Below, in pieces: positions 12,631 through 30,600 of a stretch of 64,000 bases of DNA. Position 1 is the stretch's first letter; every line of letters starts with the position of its first letter. Origin of the DNA: Eledone cirrhosa. Lineage: Eukaryota. Below the pieces are notes generated by a model. It was not told where the DNA came from. It saw only the letters and a list, made by a program, of their open reading frames with translations, and searched no databases. The DNA lies in NCBI GenBank assembly GCA_964016885.1, contig OZ024755.1:44454001-44518000 (forward strand), read 5' to 3'. A program made the position numbers and the translations under genes.

Positions 12631-15600
12631 ATACCAACATATACTGTGTACCACAGTTGACAATACCAACACATATAGTGTACCACAGTTGACAGTACCA
12701 ACGTATACTGTGTACCACAGTTGCCAATGCCAACATATACTGTGTACCACAGTTGAGAGTACCAACATATACTGTGTACCACAGTTGACAGTACCAACAT
12801 ATACTGTGTACCACAGTTGACAGTACCAACATATACTGTGTACCACAGTTGACAGTACCAATGTATACTGTGTACCACAGTTGACAGTACCAACATATAC
12901 TGTGTACCACAATTGACAGTACCAACATATACTGTGTACCATAGTTGACATTACCAACGTATATTGTGTTCCACAGTTGACAGTACCAACATGTACTGTG
13001 TACCACAGTTGACAGTACCAACGTATACTGTGTACCACAGTTGACAGTACCAACATATACTGTGTACCACAGTTGACAGTACCATCATATACTGTGTACC
13101 ACAGTTGACAGTACCAACATATCCTGTGTACCTCAGTTGACAGCACCAACATATACTGTATACCACAGTTGACAGTACCAACATATACTGTGTACCACTG
13201 TTGACAGTACCAATATATACCGTGTACCACAGTTGACAGTACCAACATATACTGTGTACCACAGCTGACACTACCAACATATACTTGTACCTCAGTTGAC
13301 AGTACTACCATATATTGTGTACCACTGTTGACAATACCAACGTATACTGTGTACCACAGTTGACAGTACCAACGTATACTGTGCACCACAGTTGACAGTA
13401 CCAACATATACTGTGTACCACAGTTGACAATACCAACATATATTGTGTACCACAGTTGACAATACCAACACATATAGTGTACCACAGTTGACAGTACCAA
13501 CATATACTGTGTACCACAGTTGAGAGTACCAACATGTAGCGTGTACCACAGTTGACAGTACCAACGTATACTGTGTACAACAGTTGACAATACCAACATA
13601 TACTGTGTACCACAGTTGACAGTACCAACATATACTGTGTACCCTAGTTGAAAGTACCAACGTATACTGTGTACCACAGTTGACAACACCAACAAATACT
13701 GTGTATCACAGTTGACAGTACCAACATATACTGTATACCACAGTTGACAGTACCAACATATACTGTGTACCACAGTTGACAGTACCAACATATACTGTGT
13801 ACCACAGTTGACAGTACCAACATATACTGTATACCACAGTTGACAGTACCAACATATACTGTGTACCACTGTTGACAGTACCAACATATACCGTGTACCA
13901 CAGTTGACAGTACCAACATATACTGTGTACCACAGCTGACACTACCAACATATACTTGTACCTCAGTTGACAGTACTACCATATATTGTGTACCACCGTT
14001 GACAATACCAACGTATACTGTGTACCACAGTTGACAGTACCAACGTATACTGTGCACCACAGTTGACAGTACCAACATATACTGTGTACCACTGTTGGCA
14101 GTACCAACATATAATGTGTACCTCAGTTGAGAGTACCAACATATACTGTGTACCACAGTTGACAGTACCAACGTATACTGTGTACCACAGTTTACAGTAC
14201 CAACGTATACTGTGTACCACAGTTGCCAATGCCAACATATACTGTGTACCACAGTTGAGAGTACCAACATGTACCGTGTACCACAGTTGACAGTACCGAC
14301 GTATACTGTGTACCACAGTTGACAGTACCAACGTATACTGTTTACCACAGTTGACAATACCAACATATACTGTGTACCAGAGTTGACAGTACCCACATAT
14401 ACTGTGTACCACAGTTGACAGTTCCAACATATAAGGTGTACCACTGTTGATACTACCGACATATACTGTGTAGCACAGTTGACAGTACTAACATATACTG
14501 TGTACCACAGTTGAGAGTACCACCATATACTGGGTACCACTGTTGACAGTACCAACATATACTGTGTACCACAGTTGACAGTACCAACATATACTGTGTA
14601 CCATAGTTGACAGTACCAACATATCCTGTGTACCTCAGTTGTCAGTACCAACATATACAGTATACCACAGTTGACAGTACCAACATATACTGTGTACCAC
14701 TGTTGACAGTACCAACATATACCGTGTACCACAGTTGACAGTACCAACATATACTGTGTACCACAGCTGACACTACCAACATATACTTGTACCTCAATTG
14801 ACAGTACTACCATATATTGTGTACCACCGTTGACAATACCAACGTATACTGTGTACCACAGTTGACAGTACCAACGTATACTGTGCACCACAGTTGACAG
14901 TACCAACATATACTGTGTACCACAGTTGACAATACCAACATATACTGTGTACCACAGTTGACAATACCAACACATATAGTGTACCACAGTTGACAGTACC
15001 AACGTATACTGTGTACCACAGTTGCCAATGCCAACATATACTGTGTACCACAGTTGAGAGTACCAACATGTACCGTGTACCACAGTTGACACTACCAACG
15101 TATACTGTGTACCACAGATGACAATACCAACATATACTGTGTACCACAGTTGACAGTACCAACATATACTGTGTACCACAGTTGAAAGTACCAACGTATA
15201 CTGTGTACCACAGTTGACAACACCAACATATACTGTGTACCACAGTTGACAGTACCAACATATACTGTATACCACAGTTGACAGTACCAACATATACTGT
15301 GTACCACAGTTGACAGTACCAACATATAATGTGTACCACAGTTGACAGTACCAACATATACTGTATACCACAGTTGACAGTACCAACATATACTGTGTAC
15401 CACTGTTGACAGTACCAACATATACCGTGTACCACAGTTTACAGTACCAACATATACTGTGTACCACAGCTGACACTACCAACATATACTTGTACCTCAG
15501 TTGACAGTATTACCATATATTGTGTACCACCGTTGACAATACCAACGTATACTGTGTACCACAGTTGACAGTACCAACGTATACTGTGCACCACAGTTGA

Positions 15601-18600
15601 CAGTACCAAAATATACTGTGTACCACAGTTGACAATACCAACATATACTGTGTACCACAGTTGACAATACCAACACATATAGTGTACCACAGTTGACAGT
15701 ACCAACGTATACTGTGTACCACAGTTGCCAATGCCAACATATACTGTGTACCACAGTTGAGAGTACCAACATATACTGTGTACCACAGTTGACAGTACCA
15801 ACATATACTGTGTACCACAGTTGACAGTACCAACATATACTGTGTACCACAGTTGACAGTACCAATGTATACTGTGTACCACAGTTGACAGTACCAACAT
15901 ATACTGTGTACCACAGTTGACAGTACCAACATATACTGTGTACCATAGTTGACATTACCAACGTATATTGTGTTCCACAGTTGACAGTACCAACATGTAC
16001 TGTGTACCACAGTTGACAGTACCAACGTATACTGTGTACCACAGTTGACAGTACCAACGTATACTGTGTACCACAGTTGACAGTACCAACATATACTGTG
16101 TACCACAGTTGACAGTACCATCATATACTGTGTACCACAGTTGACAGTACCAATATATATTGTGTACCACAGTTGACAGTACCAACATATACTGTGTACC
16201 ATAGTTGACATTACCAACGTATATTGTGTACCACAGTTGACATTACCAACATATCCTGTGTACCTCAGTTGACAGTACCAACATATACTGTATACCACAG
16301 TTGACAGTACCAACATATACTGTGTACCACTGTTGACAGTACCAATATATACCGTGTACCACAGTTGACAGTACCAACATATACTGTGTACCACAGCTGA
16401 CACTACCAACATATACTTGTACCTCAGTTGACAGTACTACCATATATTGTGTACCACCGTTGACAATACCAACGTATACTGTGTACCACAGTTGACAGTA
16501 CCAACGTATATTGTGCACCACAGTTGACAGTACCAACATATACTGTGTACCACAGTTGACAATACCAACATATACTGTGTACCACAGTTGACAATACCAA
16601 CACATATAGTGTACCACAGTTGACTGTACCAACGTATATTGTGTACCACAGTTGCCAATGCCAACATATACTGTGTACCACAGTTGAGAGTACCAACATG
16701 TACCGTGTACCACAGTTGACAGTACCAACGTATACTGTGTACCACAGTTGACAATACCAACATATACTGTGTACCACAGTTGACAGTACCAACATATACT
16801 GTGTACCCTAGTTGAAAGTACCAACGTATACTGTGTACCACAGTTGACAACACCAACATACACTGTGTATCACAGTTGACAGTACCAACATATACTGTAT
16901 ACCACAGTTGACAGTACCAACATATACTGTGTACCACAGTTGACAGTACCAACATATACTGTGTACCACAGTTGACAGTACCAACATATACTGTATACCA
17001 CAGTTGACAGTACCAACATATACTATGTACCACTGTTGACAGTACCAACATATACCGTGTACCACAGTTGACAGTACCAACATATACTGTGTACCACAGC
17101 TGACACTACCAACATATACTTGTACCTCAGTTGACAGTACTACCATATATTGTGTACCACCTGTGACAATACCAACGTATACTGTGTACCACAGTTGACA
17201 GTACCAACGTATACTGTGCACCACAGTTGACAGTACCAACATATACTCTGTACCACAGTTGGCAGTACCAACATATAATGTGTACCTCAGTTGACAGTAC
17301 CAACATATACTGTGTACCACAGTTGACAGTACCAACGTATACTGTGTACCACAGTTGACAGTACCAACGTATACTGTGTACCACAGATGACAGTACCAAT
17401 ATATACTGTGTAACACAGTTGACAATACCAACATATAATGTGTACCACAGTTGACAGTACCAACGTATACTGTGAACCACTGTTGGCAATACCAACATAT
17501 ACTGTGTACTACAGTTGACAGAACCAACATATACAGTGTACCACAGTTGACAGTACCAACATATACTGTGTACCACAGTTGACAGTACCAACATATACTG
17601 TGTACCACAGTTGACAGAACCAACATGTACCGTGAACCACAGTTGACAGTACCAACGTATACTGTGTACCGCAGTTGAGAGTACCAACGTATAGTGTGTA
17701 CCACAGTTGACAGTACCAACATAAACTGTGTACCACAGTTGACAGTACCAACATATACTGTGTACCACAGTTCACAGTACCAACGTATACTGTGTACCAC
17801 ATTTGACAGTACCAACATATACTGTGTACCACAGTTGACAGTACCAACATATACTGTGTACCACTTTTGACAGTACCAACATATACCGTGTATCACATTT
17901 GACAGTACCAACATATACTGTGTACCAATGTTGACAGTACCAACATATACTGTGTACCACAGTTGACAGTACCAACATGTACCGTGTACCACAGTTGACA
18001 GTACCAACGTATACTGTGTACCACAGTTGACAATACCAACATATACTGTGTACCACAGTTGACATTACCAACATATACTGTGTACCACAGTTGAAAGTAC
18101 CAACGTATACTGTGTACCACAGTTGACAACACCAACATATACTGTGTACCACAGTTGACAGTACCAACATATACTGTATACCACAGTTGACAGTACCAAC
18201 ATATACTGTGTACCACAGTTGACAGTACCAACATATACTGTGTACCACAGTTGACAGTACCAACATATACTGTATACCAGAGTTGACAGTACCAACATAT
18301 ACTGTGTACCACTGTTGACAGTACCAACATATACAGTGTACCACAGTTGACATTACCAACATATACTGTGTACCACAGCTGACAATACCAACATATACTT
18401 GTACCTCAGTTGAGAGTACTACCATATATTGTGTACCACCGTTGACAATACCAACGTATACTGTGTACCACAGTTGACAGTACCAACGTATACTGTGCAC
18501 CACAGTTGACAGTACCAACATATACTGTGTACCACAGTTGACAATACCAACATATACTGTGTACCACAGTTGACAATACCAACACATATAGTGTACCACA

Positions 18601-21600
18601 GTTGACAATACCAACACATATAGTGTACCACAGTTGACAGTACCAACGTATACTGTGTACCACAGATGCCAATGCCAACATATACTGTGTACCACAGTTG
18701 AGAGTACGAACATGTACCGTGTACCACAGTTGACAGTACCAACGTATACTGTTTACCACAGTTGACAATACCAACATATACTGTGTACCAGAGTTGACAG
18801 TACCCACATATACTGTGTACCACAGTTGACAGTTCCAACATATAAGGTGTACCACTGTTGATACTACCGACATATACTGTGTAGCACAGTTGACAGTACT
18901 AACATATACTGTGTACCACAGTTGAGAGTACCACCATATACTGGGTACCACTGTTGACAGTACCAACATATACTGTGTACCACAGTTGACAGTACCAACA
19001 TATCCTGTGTACCTCAGTTGTCAGTACCAACATATACTGTATACCACAGTTGACAGTACCAACATATACTGTGTACCACTGTTGACAGTACCAACATATA
19101 CCGTGTACCACAGTTGACAGTACCAACATATACTGTGTACCACAGCTGACACTACCAACATATACTTGTACCTCAATTGACAGTACTACCATATATTGTG
19201 TACCACCGTTGACAATACCAACGTATACTGTGTACCACAGTTGACAGTACCAACGTATACTGTGCACCACAGTTGACAGTACCAACATATACTGTGTACC
19301 ACAGTTGACAATACCAACATATACTGTGTACCACAGTTGACAATACCAACACATATAGTGTACCACAGTTGACAGTACCAACGTATACTGTGTACCACAG
19401 TTGCGAATGCCAACATATACTGTGTACCACAGTTGAGAGTACCAACATGTACCGTGTACCACAGTTGACAGTACCAACGTATACTGTGTACCACAGTTGA
19501 CAATACCAACATATACTGTGTACCACAGTTGACAGTACCAACATATACTGTGTACCACAGTTGAAAGTACCAACGTATACTGTGTACCACAGTTGACAGT
19601 ACCAACATATACTGTGTACCACTTTTGACAGTACCAACATATACCGTGTATCACATTTGACAGTACCAACATATACTGTGTACCACTGTTGACAGTACCA
19701 ACATATACTGTGTACCACAGTTGACAGTACCAACATGTACCGTGTACCACAGTTGACAGTACCAACGTATACTGTGTACGACAGTTGACAGTACCAACGT
19801 ATACTGTGCACCACAGTTGACAGTACCAACATATACTGTGTACCACAGTTGACAATACCAACATATACTGTGTACCACAGTTGACAATACCAACACATAT
19901 AGTGTACCAGAGTTGACAATACCAACACATATAGTGTACCACAGTTGACAGTACCAACGTATACTGTGTACCACAGTTGCCAATGCCAACATATACTGTG
20001 TACCACAGTTGAGAGGACCAACATGTACCGTGTACCACAATTGACAGTACCAACGTATACTGTGTACCACAGTTGACAGTACCAACGTATACTGTTTACC
20101 ACAGTTGACAATACCAACATATACTGTGTACCTCAGTTGACAGTACCCACATATACTGTGTACCACAGTTGACAGTTCCAACATATAAGGTGTACCACTG
20201 TTGATACTACCGACATATACTGTGTAGCACAGTTGACAGTACTAACATATACTGTGTACCACAGTTGAGAGTACCACCATATACTGGGTACCACTGTTGA
20301 CAGTACCAACATATACTGTGTACCACAGTTGACAGTACCAACATATACTGTGTACCATAGTTGACAGTACCAACATATCCTGTGTACCTCAGTTGTCAGT
20401 ACCAACATATACTGTATACCACAGTTGACAGTACCAACATATACTGTGTACCTCTGTTGACAGTACCAACATATACCGTGTACCACAGTTGACAGTACCA
20501 ACATATACTGTGTACCACAGCTGACACTACCAACATATACTTGTACCTCAATTGACAGTACTACCATATATTGTGTACCACCGTTGACAATACCAACGTA
20601 TACTGTGTACCACAGTTGACAGTACCAACGTATACTGTGCACCACAGTTGACAGTACCAACATATACTGTGTACCACAGTTGACAATACCAACATATACT
20701 GTGTACCACAGTTGACAATACCAACACATATAGTGTACCACAGTTGACAGTACCAACGTATACTGTGTACCACAGTTGCCAATGCCAACATATACTGTGT
20801 ACCACAGTTGAGAGTACCAACATGTAACGTGTACCACAGTTGACACTACCAACGTATACTGTGTACCACAGTTGACAATACCAACATATACTGTGTACCA
20901 CAGTTGACAGTACCCACATATACTGTGTACCACAGTTGAAAGTACCAACGTATACTGTGTACCACAGTTGACAACACCAACATATACTGTGTACCACAGT
21001 TGACAGTACCAACATATACTGTATACCACAGTTGACAGTACCAACATATACTGTGTACCACAGTTGACAGTACCAACATATACTGTGTACCACAGTTGAC
21101 AGTACCAACATATACTGTATACCACAGTTGACAGTACCAACATATACTGTGTACCACTGTTGACAGTACCAACATATACCGTGTACCACAGTTGACAGTA
21201 CCAACATATACTGTGTACCACAGCTGACACTACCAACATATACTTGTACCTCAGTTGACAGTATTACCATATATTGTGTACCACCGTTGACAATACCAAC
21301 GTATACTGTGTACCACAGTTGACAGTACCAACGTATACTGTGCACCACAGTTGACAGTACCAAAATATACTGTGTACCACAGTTGACAATACCAACATAT
21401 ACTGTGTACCACAGTTGACAATACCAACACATATAGTGTACCACAGTTGACAGTACCAACGTATACTGTGTACCACAGTTGCCAATGCCAACATATACTG
21501 TGTACCACAGTTGAGAGTACCAACATATACTGTGTACCACAGTTGACAGTACCAACATATACTGTGTACCACAGTTGACAGTACCAACATATACTGTGTA

Positions 21601-24600
21601 CCACAGTTGACAGTACCAATGTATACTGTGTACCACAGTTGACAGTACCAACATATACTGTGTACCACAGTTGACAGTACCAACATATACTGTGTACCAT
21701 AGTTGACATTACCAACGTATATTGTGTTCCACAGTTGACAGTACCAACATGTACTGTGTACCATAGTTGACAGTACCAACGTATACTGTGTACCACAGTT
21801 GACAGTACCAACGTATACTGTGTACCACAGTTGACAGTACCAACATATAATGTGTACCACAGTTGACAGTACCATCATATACTGTGTACCACAGCTGACA
21901 CTACCAACATATACTTGTACCTCAGTTGACAGTATTACCATATATTGTGTACCACCGTTGACAATACCAACGTATACTGTGTACCACAGTTGACAGTACC
22001 AACGTATACTGTGCACCACAGTTGACAGAACCAAAATATACTGTGTACCACAGTTGACAATACCAACATATACTGTGTACCACAGTTGACAATACCAACA
22101 CATATAGTGTACCACAGTTGACAGTACCAACGTATACTGTGTACCACAGTTGCCAATGCCAACATATACTGTGTACCACAGTTGAGAGTACCAACATATA
22201 CTGTGTACCACAGTTGACAGTACCAACATATACTGTGTACCACAGTTGACAGTACCAACATATACTGTGTACCACAGTTGACAGTACCAATGTATACTGT
22301 GTACCACAGTTGACAGTACCAACATATACTGTGTACCACAGTTGACAGTACCAACATATACTGTGTACCATAGTTGACATTACCAACGTATATTGTGTTC
22401 CACAGTTGACAGTACCAACATGTACTGTGTACCATAGTTGACAGTACCAACGTATACTGTGTACCACAGTTGACAGTACCAACGTATACTGTGTACCACA
22501 GTTGACAGTACCAACGTATACTGTGTACCACAGTTGACAGTACCAACATATACTGTGTACCACAGTTGACAATACCAACACATATAGTGTACCACAGTTG
22601 ACAGTACCAACGTATATTGTGTACCACAGTTGCCAATGCCAACATATACTGTGTACCACAGTTGAGAGTACCAACATGTAACGTGTACCACAGTTGACAG
22701 TACCAACGTATACTGTGTACCACAGTTGACAATACCAACATATACTGTGTACCACAGTTGACAGTACCAACATATACTGTGTACCACAGTTGAAAGTACC
22801 AACGTATACTGTGTACCACAGTTGACAACACCAACATATACTGTGTATCACAGTTGACAGTACCAACATATACTGTATACCACAGTTGACAGTACCAACA
22901 TATACTGTGTACCACAGTTGACAGTACCAACATATACTGTGTACCACAGTTGACAGTACCAACATATACTGTATACCACAGTTGACAGTACCAACATATA
23001 CTGTGTACCACTGTTGACAGTACCCACATATACTGTGTACCCTAGTTGACATTACCAACGTATATTGTGTACCACAGTTGACAGTACCAACATGTACTGT
23101 GTACCACAGTTGACAGTACCAACGTATACTGTGTACCACAGTTGACAGTACCAACGTATACTGTGTACCACAGTTGACAGTACCAACGTATACTGTGCAC
23201 CACAGTTGACAGTACCAACATATACTGTGTACCACAGTTGACAATACCAACATATACTGTGTACCACAGTTGACAATACCAACACATATAGTGTACCACA
23301 GTTGACAGTACCAACGTATACTGTGTACCACAGTTGCCAATGCCATCATATACTGTGTACCACAGTTGAGAGTAACAACATATACTGTGTACCACAGTTG
23401 ACAGTACCAACATATACTGTGTACCACAGTTGACAGTAGCAACATATACTGTGTACCACAGTTGACAGTACCAATGTATACTGTGTACCACAGTTGACAG
23501 TACCAACATATACTGTATACCACAGTTGACAGTACCAACATATACTGTGAACCCTAGTTGACATTACCAACGTATATTGTGTACCACAGTTGACAGTACC
23601 AACATGTACTGTGTACCACAGTTGACACTACCAACGTATACTGTGTACCACAGTTGACAGTACCAACATATAACGTGTACCACAGTTGGCAGTACCATCA
23701 TATACTCTGTACCACAGTTGACAGTACCAACATATATCGTGTACCACAGTTAACAGTACCAACATATACTGTGTACCATAGTTGACATTACCAACGTATA
23801 TTGTGTACCACAGTTGACAGTACCAACATACACCGTGTACAACAGTTGACAGTACCAACATATACTGTGTACCACAGTTGCGAGTACCAACATAAACTGT
23901 GTACCACAGTTGACAGTACCAACATATACTGTGTACCACAGTTGACAGTACCAACATATACTGTGTACCACTGTTGACAGTACCAACATATACCGTGTAC
24001 CACAGTTGACAGTACCAACATATACTGTGTACCTCAGTTAACAGTACCCACATATACTGTGTACCACAGTTGACAGTATAAACATATACTGTGTACCACA
24101 GTTGACAGTACCATCATATACTTTGTACCACAGTTAACAGTACCAACATATACTGTGTACCACAGTTGTCAGTACCAACGTATACTGTCTACCACAGTTG
24201 ACAGTACCAACATATACTGTGTACCACAGTTGACACTACCAACATATACATTGTACCTCAGTTGACAGTACCAACATATACTGTGTACCACAGTTGACAG
24301 TACCAACATATACTGTGTACAACAGCTGACACTACCAACATATACTTGTACCTCAGTTGACAGTACTAACATATACTATGTACCACAGTTGACAGTACCA
24401 ACATATACTGTGTACCACAGTTGACAGTACCAACATATACTGTGTACCACAGTTGACAGTACCAACATATACTCGGTGCCACTTTTCACAGTACCAACAT
24501 ATACTGTGTACCACAGTTGACAATACCAACGTATACTGTGTACCACATTTGACAGTACCAACGTATACTGTGTACCACAGTTGACAGTACCAACATATAC

Positions 24601-27600
24601 TGTGTACCACAGTTGACAGTACCAACATATACTGTGTACCACAGTTGACAGTACTAACATATACTTTGTACTACAGTTGACAGTACCAACATATACTGTG
24701 TACCACAGTTGACAGTACCAACATGTACTGTGTACCACAGTTGACAGTACCAACATATACTGTGTACCACAGTTGGCAGTACCAACATATACAGTGTACC
24801 ACAGTTGACAGTACCAACATATACTGTGTACCACATTTGACAGTACCAACATATACTGTGTACCACAGTTGACAGTACCAACATGTACCGTGAACCAAAG
24901 TTGACAGTACCAACATATACTGTGTACCACAGTTGAGAGTACCAACGTATAGTGTGTACCACAGTTGACAGTACCAACATATACTGTGTACCACAGTTGA
25001 CAGTACCAACATATACTGGGTACCACAGTTCACAGTACCAAAGTATACTGTGTACCACATTTGACAGTACCAACATATACTGTGTACCACAGTTGACAGT
25101 ACCAACATATACTGTGTACCACTGTTGACTATACCAACATATACCGTGTACCACATTTGACTGTACCAACATATACTGTGTACCACTGTTGACAGTACCA
25201 ACATATACTGTGTACCACAGTTGACAGTACCAACATGTACCGTGTACCACAGTTGACAGTACCAACGTATACTGTGTATCACAGTTGACAATACAAACAT
25301 ATACTGTGTACCACAGTTGACAGTACCAACATATACTGTTTACCACAGTTGACAGTACCAACGTATACTGTGTACCACAGTTGACAGTACCAACGTATAC
25401 TGGGTACCACATTTGACAGTACCAACATATACTGTGTACCACAGTTGACAGTACCAACGTATAGTGTGTACCACAATTGACGATACCAACATATACTGTG
25501 TACCACAGTTGACAGTACCAACATATACTGTATACCACAGTTGACAGTACCGACATATACTGTGTACCACAGTTGACAATACCAACATATACTTTGTACC
25601 ACGGTTGACAGTACCAACGTATACTGTGTACCACTGTTGACAATGTCAACATATACTGTGTACCACAGTTGTCATTACCAACATATACAGTGTACCACAG
25701 TTGACAGTACCAACATATACTGTGTACCACAGTTGACAGTACCAACATATACTGTGTACCACAGTTGACAGTACCAACATGTACCGTGAACCACAGTTGA
25801 CAGTACCAACGTATACTGTGTACCACAGTTGAATGTACCAGAGTATAGTGTGTACCACACTTGACAGTCCCAACATATTCTGTATACCACAGTTGACAGT
25901 ACCAACATATACTGTGTACCACTGTTGACAGTACCAACATATACAGTGTACCACTGTTGACAGTACCAACATATACCGTGTACCACAGTTGACAGTACCA
26001 ACATATACTGTGTACCACAGTTGAGACTACCAACATATACTGGGTACGACTGTTGACAGTAACAACATATACTATGTACTACAGTTGACAGTACCAACAT
26101 ATACTGTGTACCACAGTTGACAGTACCAACGTATACTGTGTACCACAGTTGACAGTACCAACGTATACTGGTTACCAAATTTGACACTACCAACATATAC
26201 TGTGTACCACAGTTGACAGTACCAACGTATACTGTGTACCACAGTTGACGATACCAACATATACTGTGTACCACAGTTGACAGTACCAACATATACTGTA
26301 TACCACAGTTGACAGTACCGACATATACTGTGTACCACAGTTGACAATACCAACATATACTTTGTACCACGGTTGACAGTACCAACGTATACTGTGTACC
26401 ACTGTTGACAATATCAACATATACTGTGTACCACAGTTGACATTACCAACATATACAGTGTACCACAGTTGACAGTAGCAACATATACTGTGTACCACAG
26501 TTGACAGTACCAACATATACTGTGTACCACAGTTGACAGTACCAACATATACTGTGTACCATAGTTGATAGTACCAACGTATATTGTGTACCACAGTTGA
26601 GAGTACCAACATACACCGTGTACGACAATTGACAGTAAAAACATATACCGTGTACCACAGTTGAGAGTACCAACATAAACTGTGTACCACAGTTGACAGT
26701 ACCAACATATACTGTGTACCACAGTTGACAGTACCAACATATACTGTGTACCACAGTTGACAGTACCAACATATACTGTATACCACAGTTGACAGTACCA
26801 ACATATACTGTGTACCACAGTTGACAGTACCAACATATACTGTGTACCACAGTTGACAGTACCAACATATACTGTGTACCACAGTTGACAGTACTAACAT
26901 ATACTGTGTACTACAGTTGACAGTACCAACATATATTGTGTACCACAGTTGACAGTACCAACATATACTGTGTACCACAGTTGGCAGTACCAACATATAA
27001 TGTGTACCTCAGTTGACAGTACCAACATATACTGTGTACCACAGTTGACAGTACCAACGTATACTGTGTACCACAGTTGACAGTACCAACGTATACTGTG
27101 TACCACAGTTGACAGTACCAATATATACTGTGTAACACAGTTGACAATACCAACATATAATGTGTACCACAGTTGACAGTACCAACGTATACTGTGAACC
27201 ACTGTTGTCAATACCAACATATACTGTGTACTACAGTTGACAGAACCAACATATACAGTGTACCACGGTTGACAGTACCAACATATACTGTGTACCACAG
27301 TTGACAGTACCAACATATACTGTGTACCACAGTTGACAGAGCCAACATGTACCGTGAACCACAGTTGACAGTACCAACGTATACTGTGTACCACAGTTGA
27401 GAGTACCAACGTATAGTGTGTACCACAGTTGACAGTACCAACATATACTGTGTACCACAGTTGACAGTACCAACATATACTGTGTACCACAGTTCACAGT
27501 ACCAACGTATACTGTGTACCACATTTGACAGTACCAACATATACTGTGTACCACAGTTGACAGTACCAACATATACTGTGTACCACTTTTGACAGTACCA

Positions 27601-30600
27601 ACATATACCGTGTATCACATTTGACAGTACCAACATATACTGTGTACCACTGTTGACAGTACCAACGTATACTGTGTACCACAGTTGACAATACCAACAT
27701 ATACTGTGTACCACAGTTGACAGTACCAACATATACTGTGTACCACAGTTGAAAGTACCAACGTATACTGTGTACCACAGTTGACAACACCAACATATAC
27801 TGTGTACCTCAGTTGACAGTACCAACATATACTGTATACCACAGTTGACAGTACCAACATATACTGTGTACCACAGTTGACAGTACCAACATATACTGTG
27901 TACCACAGTTGACAGTACCAACATATACTGTATACCAGAGTTGACAGTACCAACATATACTGTGTACCACTGTTGACAGTACCAACATATACAGTGTACC
28001 ACAGTTGACATTACCAACATATACTGTGTACCACAGCTGACAATACCAACATATACTTGTACCTCAGTTGACAGTACTACCATATATTGTGTACCACCGT
28101 TGACAATACCAACGGATACTGTGTACCACAGTTGACAGTACCAACGTATACTGTGCACCACAGTTGACAGTACCAACATATACTGTGTACCACAGTTGAC
28201 AATACCAACATATACTGTGTACCACAGTTGACAATACCAACACATATAGTGTACCACAGTTGACAATACCAACACATATAGTGTACCACAGTTGACAGTA
28301 CCAACGTATACTGTGTACCACAGTTGCCAATGCCAACATATACTGTGTACCTCAGTTGAGAGTACCAACATGTACCGTGTACCACAGTTGACAGTACCAA
28401 CGTATACTGTGTACCACAGTTGACAGTACCAACGTATACTGTTTACCACAGTTGACAATACCAACATATACTCTGTACCAGAGTTGACAGTACCCACATA
28501 TACTGTGTACCACAGTTGACAGTTCCAACATATAAGGTGTACCACTGTTGATACTACCGACATATACTGTGTAGCACAGTTGACAGTACTAACATATACT
28601 GTGTACCACAGTTGAGAGTACCACCATATACTGGGTACCACTGTTGACAGTACCAACATATACTGTGTACCACAGCTGACACTACCAACATATACTTGTA
28701 CCTCAGTTGACAGTATTACCATATATTGTGTACCACCGTTGACAATACCAACGTATACTGTGTACCACAGTTGACAGTACCAACGTATACTGTGCACCAC
28801 AGTTGACAGTACCAAAATATACCGTGTACCACAGTTGACAATACCAACATATACTGTGTACCACAGTTGACAATACCAACACATATAGTGTACCACAGTT
28901 GACAGTACCAACGTATACTGTGTACCACAGTTGCCAATGCCAACATATACTGTGTACCACAGTTGAGAGTACCAACATATACTGTGTACCACAGTTGACA
29001 GTACCAACATATACTGTGTACCACAGTTGACAGTACCAACATATACTGTGTACCACAGTTGACAGTACCAATGTATACTGTGTACCACAGTTGACAGTAC
29101 CAACATATACTGTGTACCACAATTGACAGTACCAACATATACTGTGTACCATAGTTGACATTACCAACGTATATTGTGTTCCACAGTTGACAGTACCAAC
29201 ATGTACTGTGTACCACAGTTGACAGTACCAACGTATACTGTGTACCACAGTTGACAGTACCAACATATACTGTGTACCACAGTTGACAGTACCATCATAT
29301 ACTGTGTACCACAGTTGACAGTACCAACATATCCTGTGTACCTCAGTTGACAGCACCAACATATACTGTATACCACAGTTGACAGTACCAACATATACTG
29401 TGTACCACTGTTGACAGTACCAATATATACCGTGTACCACAGTTGACAGTACCAACATATACTGTGTACCACAGCTGACACTACCAACATATACTTGTAC
29501 CTCAGTTGACAGTACTACCATATATTGTGTACCACTGTTGACAATACCAACGTATACTGTGTACCACAGTTGACAGTACCAACGTATACTGTGCACCACA
29601 GTTGACAGTACCAACATATACTGTGTACCACAGTTGACAATACCAACATATATCGTGTACCACAGTTGACAATACCAACACATATAGTGTACCACAGTTG
29701 ACAGTACCAACGTATATTGTGTACCACAGTTGCCAATGCCAACATATACTGTGTACCACAGTTGAGAGTACCAACATGTAGCGTGTACCACAGTTGACAG
29801 TACCAACGTATACTGTGTACAACAGTTGACAATACCAACATATACTGTGTACCACAGTTGACAGTACCAACATATACTGTGTACCCTAGTTGAAAGTACC
29901 AACGTATACTGTGTACCACAGTTGACAACACCAACATATACTGTGTATCACAGTTGACAGTACCAACATATACTGTATACCACAGTTGACAGTACCAACA
30001 TATACTGTGTACCACAGTTGACAGTACCAACATATACTGTGTACCACAGTTGACAGTACCAACATATACTGTATACCACAGTTGACAGTACCAACATATA
30101 CTGTGTACCACTGTTGACAGTACCAACATATACCGTGTACCACAGTTGACAGTACCAACATATACTGTGTACCACAGCTGACACTACCAACATATACTTG
30201 TACCTCAGTTGACAGTACTACCATATATTGTGTACCACCGTTGACAATACCAACGTATACTGTGTACCACAGTTGACAGTACCAACGTATACTGTGCACC
30301 ACAGTTGACAGTACCAACATATACTGTGTACCACTGTTGGCAGTACCAACATATAATGTGTACCTCAGTTGAGAGTACCAACATATACTGTGTACCACAG
30401 TTGACAGTACCAACGTATACTGTGTACCACAGTTTACAGTACCAACGTATACTGTGTACCACAGTTGCCAATGCCAACATATACTGTGTACCACAGTTGA
30501 GAGTACCAACATGTACCGTGTACCACAGTTGACAGTACCGACGTATACTGTGTACCACAGTTGACAGTACCAACGTATACTGTTTACCACAGTTGACAAT

